This document shows positions 46,054 through 58,168 of a stretch of 60,683 nucleotides of DNA, in pieces; positions within the stretch are counted from its first letter, which is position 1; every line of letters starts with the position of its first letter. The translations under genes and the position numbers were made by a program. Source of the stretch: Heterodontus francisci (taxonomy: Eukaryota); NCBI RefSeq assembly GCF_036365525.1, contig NW_027141754.1:1-60683 (forward strand), given 5' to 3'. Under the pieces are notes generated by a model. The model was given only the letters and a program-made list of their open reading frames with translations, searched no databases and was not told the DNA's origin.

Positions 46054-48560
46054 ATGTTTGTGGATGGGGTGCTAATCAAGCGGGCTGCCTTGTCCTGGAT
46101 GGTGTCGAGCTTCTTGAGTGTTGTTGGAGCTGCACCCATCCAGACAAGCGGAGAGTATTCCATCACACTCCTGACTTGTGCCCTGTCGGAGGCTTTGGGG
46201 AGACAGGAGGAAAGTTACCAGCCTCTGTCCTACTCTTGTAGCCACAGTTTTTGCATTGCTGGTCCAGTTAATTTCTGGTCATGCCCAGAAAATGGGGGTT
46301 TCAGCGATGGTAATGCCATTGAATATTAAGGGGCGTTAGTTAGATTCTCTTGTTGGAGATGGTCATTGCCTGTTACTTTCGTGATGCGAATGTTACTTGC
46401 CACTCATCAGCCCAAGCCTGGATATTGTCCAGGTCTTGCTGCATATCGACACGGGCTGCATCAGTATCTGAAGAGTGGCAAATGGTGCTGAACACTGTGC
46501 AATCATCAGCGAACATCCCCACTTCTGACCTTCAGATGGAAGGATGGTCTTTGATGAAGCAGCTGAAGATGGTTGGGCCGAGGACACTACCCTGAGGAAC
46601 CCCAGCAGTGATGTCCTGTCTCTAATTCTTGTCTCTTCCACAAGGGGAAATATCCTCTCAGCATCCACCCTGTCAAGTGTCCTCCGGATCTTATATGTTT
46701 CAATACGATCACCTCTCATTCCTCTAAACTCCAATGGGTGCAGACCCAACCTTTCTTTGTGACACCCCGTCCCAGGTATCAGTCGGGTGAGAGTTTTCCC
46801 CATGATTCCCATTGAATTAAGTTTCTCCAGGGCTCCTTGCTGCCACACTCAAGTCGAATGCTGCCTTGATGTCAAGGGCAGTACCTCTCATCTTGTGAGT
46901 TCAGCTCTTTTTTTTTTTCCAGATTTGGACCAAGGCTGTAATGAGGTCAGGAGCCGAGTGGCCCTGGCCAAACCCAAACTGAGCGTCAGTGAGCAGGTTA
47001 CTACTGAGCAAGTGCCGCTCGATAGTACTGTCGACGACCCCATCCATCACTTTCCTGATGATTGAGAGTAGGCTGATGGGACAGTAATTCGCCGTTTGGA
47101 TTTGTCCTGCTTTTTGTGTTCAGGACATACCTGGGCAATTTTCCACATTGCCGCGTAGATGCCAGTGTTGTAGCTGTACTGGAACAGCTTGGGTAGGGGC
47201 GCGGCAAGTTCTGGAGCACAGGTCTTCAGTACTATTGCCGGAATATTGTCAGGGCCCATAGCTTTTGCAGTATCCAGTGCCTTCAGTTGTTTCTTGATAT
47301 CACGCGCAGTGAATCGAATTGGCTGAAGTCTGGCATCTGTGATGCTGGGGACTTCAGGAGGGGGCCGAGATGGATCATCAACTCGGCACTTCTGGCTGAA
47401 GATTGTTGCAAATGCTTCAGCCTTATCTTTCGCACTGATGTGCTGGACTCCCCTATCATTGAGGATGGGGATATTTGTAGAGCCTCCTCCTCCTGTTGTT
47501 CAATTGTCCACCACCATTCATAATTGGATATGGCAGGACTGCAGAGCGTAGATCTGATCCGTTGGTTATGGGATCGCTTAGCACTGTCTATCACATGCTG
47601 CTTACACTGTTTGGTATGCATGTCATCCTGTGCTGTAGCTTCACCAGGTTGACACCTCATTTTGAGGTATGCCTGGTGCTGCTCCTGGCATGCCCTCCTG
47701 CACTCTTCATTGAACCAGGGTTGGTCTCCTGACTTGATGGTAATGGTAGAGTGGGGGATATGCCGGGCCATGAGGTTACAGATTGTGGTTGAGTACAATT
47801 CTGCTGCTGATGGTCCACAGCGCCTCATGGATGCCCAGTTTTGCATCGCTAGATCTGTTCTGAATCTATCCCATTTAGCACGGTGGTAGTGCCACACAAC
47901 ACGATGGACGGTATCCTCAATGTGAAGGCGGGACTTCGTCTCCACAAGGCCTGTGCGGTGGTCACTCCTACCAACACTGTCATGGACAGAAGCATCTACG
48001 GCAGGCAGATTGGTGAGGACGAGGTCAAGTAGGTTTTTCTGTCTTGTTGGTTCCCTCACCACCTGCCACAGGCCCAATCTTGTAGCTATGTCCTTTAGGA
48101 CTCGGCCAGTCGTGGTGCTACCGAGCCACTCTTGGTGATGGACATTGAAGTCCCCCACCCAGAGTACATTTTGTGCCCTTGCCACCCTCAGCGCTTCCAA
48201 GTGCTGTTCAACAGTACTGACTCATCAGCTGAGGGAGGGCGGTAGGCGATAATCAGCAGGAGGTTTCCTTGCCCATGTTTGACCTGATGCCATGAGACTT
48301 CATGGGATCTGGAGTCAATGTTGAGGACGCCCAGGGCAACTCCCTCCCGACTGTATACCACTGTGCCCCCACCTTTGGTGGGTCTGTCCTGCAGGTGGGA
48401 CAGGACATACCCAGGGATGGTGATGGCAGTGTCTGGGACATTGTCTGTAAGGTATGACGATGACTAGTCTGTGGGACAGCTCTCCCAACTTTGGCACAAG
48501 CCCCCAGACGTCAGTGAGGAGGAGGCTGCAGGGCTGGGTACGGCTCATTTCGATGCCGGG
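46054..48560 (-). mobile_element. CR1-clade LINE with AP-endonuclease and partial RT; nested CR1 fragment at ~46600-46790
   Basis: WVGDFNVHH, LDLVLTN, SDH endonuclease motifs; GPDNIPAIVLKTCAPELA; MFADDC. Confidence 0.88.
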
Positions 48561-49093
48561 TGCTCAGTCCAGTTTTATTCCTTTTTGAATTTTCTGCAGT
48601 GCTTTGATACTGGTCCACTTGAGAGAGCAGTTAAGAGTCAACCACATTGCTGTGGGTCTGGAGTCATATGCAGGCCAGACCGGGTAAGGACGGCAGATTT
48701 CCTTCCCTGAGGGACATTGACGAACCAGCTGGGTTTTCACGACAATCGATGATAGTTTCATGGCACCATTACTGAGACTAGCTTCCAATTCCAGATTTTT
48801 AAAAAAATATTAATTGTAGTGAATGTGTTAATTCATTGAATTTAAATTCCGCCAGCTGCCGCAGGGAGCTTTGGAGCCGTGTCCCCGGGACATCGGCACT
48901 GGGCCTCTGGATTACAGATCAGGACGTGAAAGCACGAACCCTCAGGACACTTGCTGGGCAGCGCAGTCTGGCTGGGAGCCGAGGACGTGAAGCACGGGAC
49001 CGAGCGGCGGCTTCGCGTAGCCCGCGGGCAGGGTGCAACTAAACCAGACAAAGAGAGTCAACGGTGAGAGGCGAATTGGATACAGGGCCATTT

Positions 49094-49099
49094 TTTATT
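49094..49099 (-). terminator. Probable DCTN2 polyadenylation signal
   Basis: AATAAA on the minus strand ~460 nt after the stop. Confidence 0.7.
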
Positions 49100-49559
49100 G
49101 GGGTCTCCAGTGTCAACATCGAGTGGGTGAGAGGTGTGCTACTTCATAGATGGATCCTCTCCGCACAGCTCATTTCACACTGATGACGGGGAGGGCACAC
49201 TCCCACCAGTTCACGCTCGCTCTGCACGCCTCGCGCGCCAAGGGCCGAGATTGTGGGCTCCTTCGCCTGTGCATCCAAACTTTGGCCGATTAAATATTGA
49301 CGGGTGAAGCAACGGGACTTACCGGGTGAGGAATATATAATAATTATAAACAGAACCAGAAAGGAGCAGAGCCGAGTCAGCCGTGTCTCTCGGGTTGACT
49401 GGACTTGCCGAGGGGGTGATTGAAAGAGCTCTCTCCTCCGCCACGACGGAGATGGAACCCTTTCAAAGGGGGTGGGGGTTTGGGGCTGGGGTGTCTGCTC
49501 CCGCCGAACGCATCACCGGGCCGGGGCTGGTACATCAGCATGCAGTTTGGCGTCGGGTT

Positions 49560-49646
49560 TTACGCTGTGAGCTTCTTCACACGGCCTTCCAGACTGATAA
49601 AATTCTCCTGCACCATCGTCAAGTTTTGCTTCATGGTTTTCTGCAC
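49560..49646 (-). CDS. DCTN2: DCTN2 last exon (VQKTMKQNLTMVQENFISLEGRVKKLTA*)
   Basis: 87 nt including TAA. Confidence 0.94.
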   Translation of the reverse strand: MQKTMKQNLTMVQENFISLEGRVKKLTA

Positions 49647-49653
49647 CTGCAAG

Positions 49654-49706
<53 letters not shown>

Positions 49707-49814
49707 TTACCACAGAGAGAACCACAGGGCACAGGAGGACCGGCACCCCGCCGACCCACCAAACAAAACTCGGCAGGGTTTGTTCTTAGCCCGCCTTCTC
49801 CGCGCGAGGAGTAC

Positions 49815-49906
49815 CTGCGTCAACAGCGTGGTGTTCTCCTTCATCGTGCCTGCGATCATCTGTTGCGTGGAGTCCAGGTGGGTCAGCAGTTGACCAAACT
49901 GCATGG
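49815..49906 (-). CDS. DCTN2: DCTN2 exon ([31 protein letters not shown])
   Basis: 92 nt, [12 protein letters not shown] motif. Confidence 0.95.
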
Positions 49907-50115
49907 CTGAAATCAGAACAAAAGCAACCGTCACAGCAGGTCTCCTCCCCACCACCAGCCCCCCTCGCAAAACGCCCCCTTCCCCGGAGGGATGATGCAT
50001 TTTGGTAACGCCACTTAGTAAACACCGCACACATTTCTTAAGCCGCTCGTCACGTCAATCTACGGGGTGGGAGCGGAAAAGAGGGGCAGGGAAACAGAAG
50101 AGGGTTTTGCCCCAC

Positions 50116-50218
50116 CTTGCTCGTGCAGATCCTTCACAGCCACCAGCCTCTCCACGACCTGCGGCAGAGTTGTGGCCATGGTGTCCCACTTCTGGACCAG
50201 ATCGTACAGCTGGGCTAT
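50116..50218 (-). CDS. DCTN2: DCTN2 exon (IAQLYDLVQKWD...VKDLHEQ)
   Basis: 103 nt. Confidence 0.94.
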
Positions 50219-50334
50219 CTGCGGGCAACAAAGCGTGGCAAGGGGGTCACAAAACCACAAATGTAATTCAGGAGAGACAGCGGAGAGGCGCGCGCTTCAG
50301 TCCCTGCTCGGAAAACACACGTCGTACCGACAGT

Positions 50335-50808
50335 GGGAGGAAGGGGAAGGTGGGGGTGGGAGGAAGGGGAAGGTGGGGGAGGGAGGAAGGGGAAGGTGGG
50401 GGAGGGAGGAAGGGGGAGGGAGGAAGGGGGAGGTGGGGGAGGGAGGAAGGGGGAGGTGGGGGAGGGAGGAAGGGGGAGGTGGGGGAGGGAGGAAGGGGGA
50501 GGTGGGGGAGGGAGGAAGGGGGAGGTGGGGGAGGGAGGAAGGGGGAGGTGGGGGAGGGAGGAAGGGGGAGGTGGGGGAGGGAGGAAGGGGGAGGTGGGGG
50601 AGGGAGGAAGGGGGAGGTGGGGGAGGGAGGAAGGGGAAGGTGGGGGAGGGAGGAAGGGGAAGGTGGGGGAGGGAGGAAGGGGAAGGTGGGGGAGGGAGGA
50701 AGGGGAAGGTGGGGGAGGGAGGAAGGGGAAGGTGGGGGAGGGAGGAAGGGGAAGGTGGGGGAGGGAGGAAGGGGAAGGTGGGGGAGGGAGGAAGGGGAAG
50801 GTGGGGGC
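50335..50808. repeat. 23-bp polypurine minisatellite (gggaggaagggg[a/g]aggtggggga), ~20 copies
   Basis: Tandem periodicity in a DCTN2 intron. Confidence 0.95.
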
Positions 50809-50895
50809 GGAAACAGGATTCAAGACAAGTCAGCCAGCTTAAAGTTTCCGGGTGAGAGGGAAAACGGCAACGCCGGCGCCCGCCGAGCCTCTGAC

Positions 50896-50967
50896 CTTGC
50901 TCTGGGTCTCTGCTTCTTCGTTTGCTGCCTTGTGCTTGGCAATTTCATTCAGCTTCCCCAGGACGCT
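50896..50967 (-). CDS. DCTN2: DCTN2 exon ([24 protein letters not shown])
   Basis: 72 nt. Confidence 0.94.
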
Positions 50968-51769
50968 CTGAAGGGACAAAGGTGCAAGAGTGAAGGCACG
51001 CTGAGGACAAGCAGATGAGGTTACGAGGGAGTGGGAGGAGTGTTGGGGGGGGGGGGGGGGGGGCAGCGAAGGAAAAACGGGGAAAAGAGGACCGAGAATT
51101 CCCTCGAAGACGTGGAGCTCGACGGGATTAGGCAGACCGGGAGGAGGCCGTTCAGCCCCCTCCTCGAGCCTGTTGCCCCATTCACCAAGATCATGGCTGA
51201 TCTGTGACCCAACACCGTGGACCTTTCCTTTACCTCCTATCCATTAATACTCTCAAGTTAACAAAAATCTAAATCAATCGCAGAACAATTGATCTGGAGT
51301 TCCAAACCTCTTACCAGCCTTTTGCACGCAGAGGTGTTTGCCAACGTCACTCCACCCAAGGCCTGGCTCTAACTTTTCGGCAGTGCGCCCCCCCCAACCG
51401 ACGGAAACACACTGCGACTGTCACCCAAGAGCCGGCGGCAGGGATGGCGGATCTCGGAACGCTGTCCCGAGCTTCCCCCGCGGTTTGGTGCGTTAGCGGG
51501 CCGAGTGTGGTACTTGCTCCTGGCCTGCGTGCACTCCCCGCCCATCACAGAGGTCCCAAGGTTCAGGTCGCCCGTCTGCCCCCAGCCCTGTTGATCTGAA
51601 GTCGGGGTACAGAACACCTCCAGGCATCGATTTGCTCATGACCTTTTTCAGCAGCTGACAGCTTTTCGGGTAAGAAAAAGAATTAATGTATTCGGGAGCT
51701 CTGCTCCTGCGTCACCTACACTCGGGACAGAGAGCATAGATGAGGTCGTGTCCAAGGACCCTCCTCACT

Positions 51770-52690
51770 TTTTTTTTATGTCCAAAATATACTTTATTCA
51801 TAAAAATCTGTAAAAAAAATACATTACCAGTTTCTGACAGCACCAAGTCAAAAATTACAAACAGTGCAAGGGTGATCAGTTTCCTTCAATACAATCATGA
51901 GTTGCCTCACAACCCTTCCATTTCATTTGTCATGCCATATACATTTTTACATTTTACAGCAAATGAAAATTTTCCCGATACAGTTGGAGGGGTTTCCCAT
52001 GGATCCAGGCCCTCAGTTCAGCTTGGTGGGGGGACCTTACACTGTGGTCATTCCCCATTGAGCCTTTGCTGCGGCTGCCCCAAGCTTCAGTGCGTCCCTC
52101 AGCACGTAGTCCCGGACCTTGGAATGTGCCAGTCTGCCACATTCGGTCGTGGACAACTCTTTGCGCTGGAAGACCAGCAAGTTTCGGGCAGACCAAAGGG
52201 CGTCTTTCACTGAATTGATAGTCCTCCAGCAGCATTTGATGTTTGTCTCGGTGTACGTCCCTGGAAACAGCCCGTAGAGCACAGACTCCTGTGTTACAGA
52301 GCTGCTTGGGATGAACCTCGACCAAAACCACTGCGTCTCTTTCCACACCTGCTTTGCAAAGACACATTCCAGCAGGAGGGTGGGCAACCGTCTCTTCCCC
52401 ACCACAGCCACCGCGGAATGCGCGGAGGGGGCGGGACTTCGGGCGTGCAGGAAGGATCTGACGGGGAGGGCTCTTCTCACCATCAGCCAAGCTACATCTT
52501 GGTGCTTGTTTGAAAGTTCTGGCGATGAGGCATTCTGCCAAATGACTTTGGCGGTCTGCTCGGGGAACCATCCGACAGGATCCACCGTCTCCTTTTCCCG
52601 TAGGGCCTTGAGGACCTTCACGCCAGTCCCAAGGGTGCTGAGCCATCACTACAGACAGCCAATCCCGGACCTGTAGGACTGCATCACACA
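51770..52690 (-). mobile_element. Second Tx1/L1-type family, 5'-truncated (ORF2 C-terminus, AATAAA, poly-A)
   Basis: ORF 52037-52621 (HQDVAWLMVRRALPVR...LLLECVFAKQVW...KDALWSARN); poly-T 51770-51778 and tttatt close by. Confidence 0.8.
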
Positions 52691-52866
52691 TATCTCCTCC
52701 TCACCCTCTAGTCATTACGGCAGATGGAGTCCATGCTGGCTCCCCAGTCAGTCCCATTCCCCACCCTGCTCTATTCCCGTAGCCCTGCAAGTTCATTAGA
52801 TGTCCCGCTACCCCCTCCTCTTCCTCTCAGATACTGCCCCTCCCCGGCCCCCGATCAGGGATTTAC

Positions 52867-52944
52867 CTGTAGTCTTGCCTCAACCTGATCCAACGTCACT
52901 GGGTCTAGGCTGCTCACTTTGCTCTGAAGGATCTCCAGGGTCCC
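52867..52944 (-). CDS. DCTN2: DCTN2 exon (GTLEILQSKVSSLDPVTLDQVEARLQ)
   Basis: 78 nt, LDQVEARLQ motif. Confidence 0.94.
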
Positions 52945-53705
52945 CTGGGGACAAAAGCGGAACAGACGAGATGTTAGCGGTGGCGCAGGGAGTATCTTTG
53001 GGCGCTCAATCGCATTGAGGGACTGGACTCCAGGCACCACTTCAAATAAAAACGCTCTGGAGGAAACGCCGAGCCAGTGCGACGTGGCCTCCGCGTATCC
53101 CGCACCAGGTGGATAAAACCTGCGGAGTCACAATCAGCCGAAAGGAGTGAGAAGGTTGAAGTTAGAGAAGGATGGGGAAAGTAAGCAAGTATTGGAACAA
53201 GAGGAGGCCCATTCAGCCCTTCACTTAGATCAGGACTGATTTGTATCTTAACTCCATCTCCCCTCTTGGTTCCGTAACCCTTAATATCCCTCACCCAACA
53301 AAAATCTATTCATCCCAGTGTTGAAATTTCCAACTGATCCCCCGCCCCCCCACCCCCCCGGCATCGACAGCTTTTCGGGGGGACAGAGTTCCAGATTTCC
53401 ACTCCCCCTCTGTGTGAAGATGTGCTTCCTGACATCACCCCCCTGAACGGCCCTGGCTCTAACTTTCAGGTTCTGGACTCCACCCTCACACCAGAGGAAA
53501 TAGTTTCTCTCTATCGACCCGACCGAATCCTTTAATCATCTTAGACACCTCGGATCAGATCACCCCCTGAATCCTCCACACTGTGCGACCCAGCCTCGTA
53601 ACTTAACCCTTTCAGCCCCGGGGTCGCTCTGGTGAACCTGCGCCGCCCCCACCCCCTCCGAGGCCCCCCTGATATGGTAGCGGAGGGAAGAGGTGCCGTG
53701 CTTAC

Positions 53706-53744
53706 CATCAGACAGGAGCCCTGCAGTCCGACAGTTAGTGGGTT
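53706..53744 (-). CDS. DCTN2: DCTN2 exon (NPLTVGLQGSCLM)
   Basis: 39 nt, acag|...|gtaagc. Confidence 0.92.
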
Positions 53745-53934
53745 CTGTATGGAAGAAAAGCAAGAGGTCAGCCACATAAGAAGAAACTGGGAGGTGCCAG
53801 GCACCAAGCCCCCAGCTGAATCACAACAGGAAGGGTCCATCTCCCCCAGGCCCCTTTAGGGGAGGCGGCGGCGGAGCAGTGGTACTGTCACTGAACCAGT
53901 AATCCAGATGCCCAGACCAATGCTCTGGGGACAT

Positions 53935-54240
53935 GGGTTCGATTCTGGGCACTGCCTGTGTGGAGTTTGCAAGTTCTCCCTGTGTCTGCGTGGGTTTTCT
54001 CCGGGTGCTCCGGTTTCCTCCCACAAGCCAAAAGACTTGCAGGTTGGTAGGTAAATTGGCCATTATAAATTGTCACTAGTATAGGTAGGTGGTAGGGAAA
54101 TATAGGGACAGATGGGGATGTTTGGAAGGAATATGGGATTAGTGTAGGATTAGTATAAATGGGTGGTTGATGGTCGGCACAGACTCGGTGGGCCGAAGGG
54201 CCTGTTTCAGTGCTGTATCTCTAATCTAATCTAATCTAAT
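53935..54240 (+). mobile_element. tRNA-derived SINE with (ctaat)n tail
   Basis: B-box-like gggttcgattc, body matches 3576-3893 inverted. Confidence 0.72.
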
Positions 54241-54908
54241 CACAGCAGATGGTGAAATTTGAATTCAATTCATAAATATGGAATTGAAAAGCCCATCTTA
54301 ATGATGACCGCAAAAGCAGTGTCGATTGATGTAAAAACCCACCTGGTTCACTAATGTCCTTTGGCGAAGGGAATCTGCAGTCTTTACCTGGTCTGGCCTA
54401 CATGCGAGTGCAGACCCACGGCGATGTGGTTGACTCTTAGCTGCCCCTCTGAGATGGCCTCGCAAGCCACTCAGTTCAAGGGCAATGAGGGAGGGGCAAC
54501 AAAACCCCCACATCCCGCAAAACGAATAATAATAAAAAAAAAAGAACCACAACGCAATCACGCGGCAGGGGGCTGAGAATCTCACTCCAGGTCGGTTCAC
54601 AAAGTTCTGCTGTTGAAAACTGTTTGAAAACTTCAATCACTCAAATCATTCGATCTGCTCCACAGCCCGAGGCTGCAGGCAGTGATTGTGCTCCGAGGCT
54701 GCAGAGGGACACGAGATCCTCAAAGAAAGTGGGGTGGGCTGTGTTGGACACAGCAGCATTTCTCTCGCCGTCTCGAGCGGGCTACATCGGACCTGGGTGT
54801 GACTGCTGATGGAAACGGGGGACGTGACAGGGAAAGCACCTCCCCACCACCACCGGAACGTCTCAGAAGTGATGAATTCACGGAATTCCACCAGGTCGAA
54901 GCCCGTAC

Positions 54909-54974
54909 CTGTCTATCGGAGTCTGTACCCACAGCCGCCTCGAGTTCCGCCAGGCGCTTTTCCAGTTCTGCCAC
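54909..54974 (-). CDS. DCTN2: DCTN2 exon (VAELEKRLAELEAAVGTDSDRQ)
   Basis: 66 nt, phase 0/0. Confidence 0.94.
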
Positions 54975-55322
54975 CTGGCACGGGAGAAACGAGAGAGAGA
55001 GAGAGAATCAGCCCCGGCCTCGGCGCAATCAGAGTTTCCGCCCGTTTTCAGAGAGGCTTGCAAAAAGGATTGCCCCATCCCCCCCCCCCCCCCCCAGTGC
55101 AGCGACTGGCTCTCCCCCCTCCATCTGAGGTCAGGACGCTCCACCGAGGGGACGCACGGACCGAGGCTGCCCCCCTGCCCGAGCTCGCTCAACTCCCGCA
55201 CCGGCGGAACGGCCGCCCGGTTTTTCCTCCTCCTCCTCCTCCTCCCCCCCTCACCGAGACATGGGCGAACGGTTCAGCCTCTTCCCCCACCACCCCGCCC
55301 CCCCAACCCTTTCTGCCCTCAC

Positions 55323-55470
55323 CTTCGCCGCCTGAGTGAACCGGGTCTGCTCGGGCCGGTAGTACAGCTCGTATGTGACTGCGTTGCCGTCTCCGGCCTT
55401 GCTGGGGCTTTTCCCCGCCGACGTGAGGCCTTTGCCGCTCTTGGTGACGTCGAGCTGGGTGAGCAGGCGC
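55323..55470 (-). CDS. DCTN2: DCTN2 exon (RLLTQLD...[19 protein letters not shown])
   Basis: 148 nt, VTYEL..RPEQ motif. Confidence 0.94.
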
Positions 55471-56221
55471 CTGCCGCATGGGGTGAGGAGGAGGAGGAGG
55501 ATGATGATAGGGGTGGCGGGGAAGGCAGGGGGTAGGTTATGTGAGAAGGGAAGACGAAGAGGGGAAGGGGAGGGGGAAAGAAAATACATAATTGTTAGGT
55601 ATTAGCATCCTGTTGTCAACTGTCCACTGGTGCGAGTATCCAAAACTATGAGGGGAGGAGGAGGGGGGGGGGGTGCCAATCAATATAAAACGGTCACTAA
55701 TAAATCAAACGGGGAAATCTCTTTACCCAGAGAGTGGTGAGAATGTGGGACTCGCTGCCGCAGGGAGTGGGTTGAGGCGAATGGTGTAGATACTTTCAAA
55801 CGGAAACTAGACGAGTACATGAGAGAAGAAGGTATAGAAAGGTCTGCTGAAAGGCTGAGATGAGGTGTACGGAATGAGAGGAGACCTGTGTGGTGTATAA
55901 ACGCTAGTTGGGGGCCACAGGGCCCGTCCTCTCGTGCTCTACATCCTGCGACATCCCTGGGTACCATCCCCAGTAAATCTCTGCAAGCTCTCCAGGGCCT
56001 CAACTACACTGTGGGTGCCCGGATTTGGGGCGCACAGCTCCAGCTGAGGCCCAGCCAGCGGTTTAAAAAAAAACGGTTTAGACGCAGCCTCCCTCTTTCT
56101 GCCACGATTCCCAACCTCGCTGGAGAGTCCCGAGCCGCAGGTCTCGGGGAAAGCGCAGCGTGACGCCGGGGGGGGGGGGAAAGCTTAGCGGTAAAGGGTG
56201 GGCCCCACCCGACCCACATAC

Positions 56222-56382
56222 TTGGCCAGCGCGCCCTCTGGGTCGGTCAGGTCGATGGTGGCGTTGGGGCCAAGCACTTTCTCCAGCTGCAGGGTCACCA
56301 AATGCTGCTTCAGGACGGCGACCTGGCTGGCCAGGGCGACCGGGGTCAGCTTCTCCTCCGCGGCGGAATCCTTCACCGAGTG
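56222..56382 (-). CDS. DCTN2: DCTN2 exon ([15 protein letters not shown]...DPEGALAK)
   Basis: 161 nt, cgtag|...|gtatgt. Confidence 0.94.
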
Positions 56383-56662
56383 CTACGAGACAAAAACGCG
56401 ACGGAGGCAGGTCAGGAAGCGGAAAATAGAAGGACTGTGCGCCGCTGCCGGAGAATGAAATCCGATTACGCTCCCAGTTCCCCCCCCCCAAAAAAAAAAC
56501 GAAACCCCCCCCCACCCCACCCCGAGACGGCACGCAAATGGAAACTGGGCTTTTGCCGATTTCACGCCGAACAGCGACGGCCGTGCAAGAGCAACACGGG
56601 GGCGATGGCCCACCCGCAAGATCGCGTTCTACGCTGCGGCACGGGGGCAGGAGGACTCTCAC

Positions 56663-56761
56663 CTTGATCTGCTCCACCTCCTCGGACAGCTCCTTCATCT
56701 CGTGCAGCAGGCGCTGATATTTCTGCTGCGGGGTCTCCTTGGTGCTGCATCCTTCTCCCAG
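56663..56761 (-). CDS. DCTN2: DCTN2 exon ([33 protein letters not shown])
   Basis: 99 nt, [11 protein letters not shown] motif. Confidence 0.95.
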
Positions 56762-57314
56762 CTGCAGGGGAGGGGGGGAACAAAGCGAGCAGCGGAAATG
56801 TTACACAGGCACTTGGCGCCACCATCTTATGGCGCAGGCGAAGGCCCCCCTTTACCCCGGAACCCGAACGGACTCCTCCTGTGCCCCCCCCCCCCCCCCC
56901 CCCACCCCCGTGAAAACCCAGGGGCCACGGGAGAGCCGAGAACACGGGCGCAGATCAAAGTCAACGTGCGACCGGGTTGGGGCGTTAAAAAGTGAGACTG
57001 ACGGGACTGGGACCAGGTGGCCGGCGTGGAGAGAGACGCCCACGAGGTGCCGGCCCACAGCCCCAACAGCGCCCCAGAAACAGCCGCAACATCTCGGGCT
57101 GCTCCGTCCCCCCGCACCACCCCCCACCCCCACCCCGTCCACGGGTTACAATAAAGTGACTGCTACTTCCACCTCGCCTGTGTCAATAATTCAGTTGATC
57201 GGAAGCAGCCTCTCCCGGAAATGACACAACAAGGCAGCGTTTCCCAGGAATAGCCGGAGAGCAGAGGAGTGGAACGTGAAGGCAGCCGGCGCGGTTAGTC
57301 CAGCGTGTACTTAC

Positions 57315-57376
57315 AATCTCATAATCTCCAGACTCGTAACCAGTCCTTCTCGCCTTGCTTATTCGATCGGAGAAAT
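57315..57376 (-). CDS. DCTN2: DCTN2 exon (DFSDRISKARRTGYESGDYEI)
   Basis: 62 nt, DFSDRI motif. Confidence 0.95.
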
Positions 57377-58071
57377 CTGGAGAAATGTGAAGCATTAATG
57401 TTTAATGAACGTGCTTCTGCATTATTGATGTTTCAATTGCAAACTCAGGGTGAGAGACACAAACAGCGTGTGCAAACGGCACAACAACAACGGTTGACCC
57501 AGAAAGACAGAGAGGCGGTGAGAGACCGGCAGGGGGCAGAGAGGCCGGCAAGGGTCGGGGGGGGGGGGGGGGGTTCCTGGGGCCAATATTTATCCTTCAA
57601 TCAACATCGCAAAACAAAAAAAAAAAAACAACAGACGATCTGGTCACACACTGCTGCTTGTGGGATCTTGCTGTGCGCAAATTGGCTGCCGCACCTCCTA
57701 CGTTACAGCGACCGCACTTCGAGGTTTACTTCCCTGGCTGTGAAGCACTGTGGGACAGCCCGAGGTTGTGAAAGGTGCTATACAAATGCAAGTCTTTCTT
57801 TATCGGGGCGGATGGGCAAAAGCTTGGTCAAAGGTGCAGGTTTTAAGGAAGAGAGGGAGAGAGAGGGAGAGAGAGGGGCGGAGAGGTTCAGGGAGGGAAT
57901 TCCAGAGCTCGGGGGCCCCAGGCAGCGGAAGGCGCGGCTGCCGACGGCGGAGTTATGGAATTGCCGGGGACGTGCGAGAGGCCGGAATCGGAGGGGCTCG
58001 GAGGGTCGTAGGGGCTGGAGGAGGTTGCAGAGATAGGGAGGAGGTATAACACGCACTGCACGGATGCTTAC

Positions 58072-58168
58072 CAATGTCTTTGGTGCTAACGCGCTTGTCC
58101 TTAAACTTGTCGTAGGAAGCGTTTGGATTCACAACAATGCGTTCCACACTATCGCTGTTCAGCTCCTC
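58072..58168 (-). CDS. DCTN2: DCTN2 exon ([32 protein letters not shown])
   Basis: 97 nt, gcag|...|gtaagc. Confidence 0.95.

Larger units (their letters stand above)
49560..58168 (-). other. DCTN2: Gene model: dynactin subunit 2 (p50/dynamitin), 12 coding exons; 5' exons lie outside the window
   Basis: Continuous frame from [25 protein letters not shown] to RVKKLTA*, all junctions AG/GT. Confidence 0.96.

Noticed and set aside
50002-51018. Gly/Glu/Arg-rich 338-aa ORF
   Set aside because: Purine minisatellite antisense to DCTN2.
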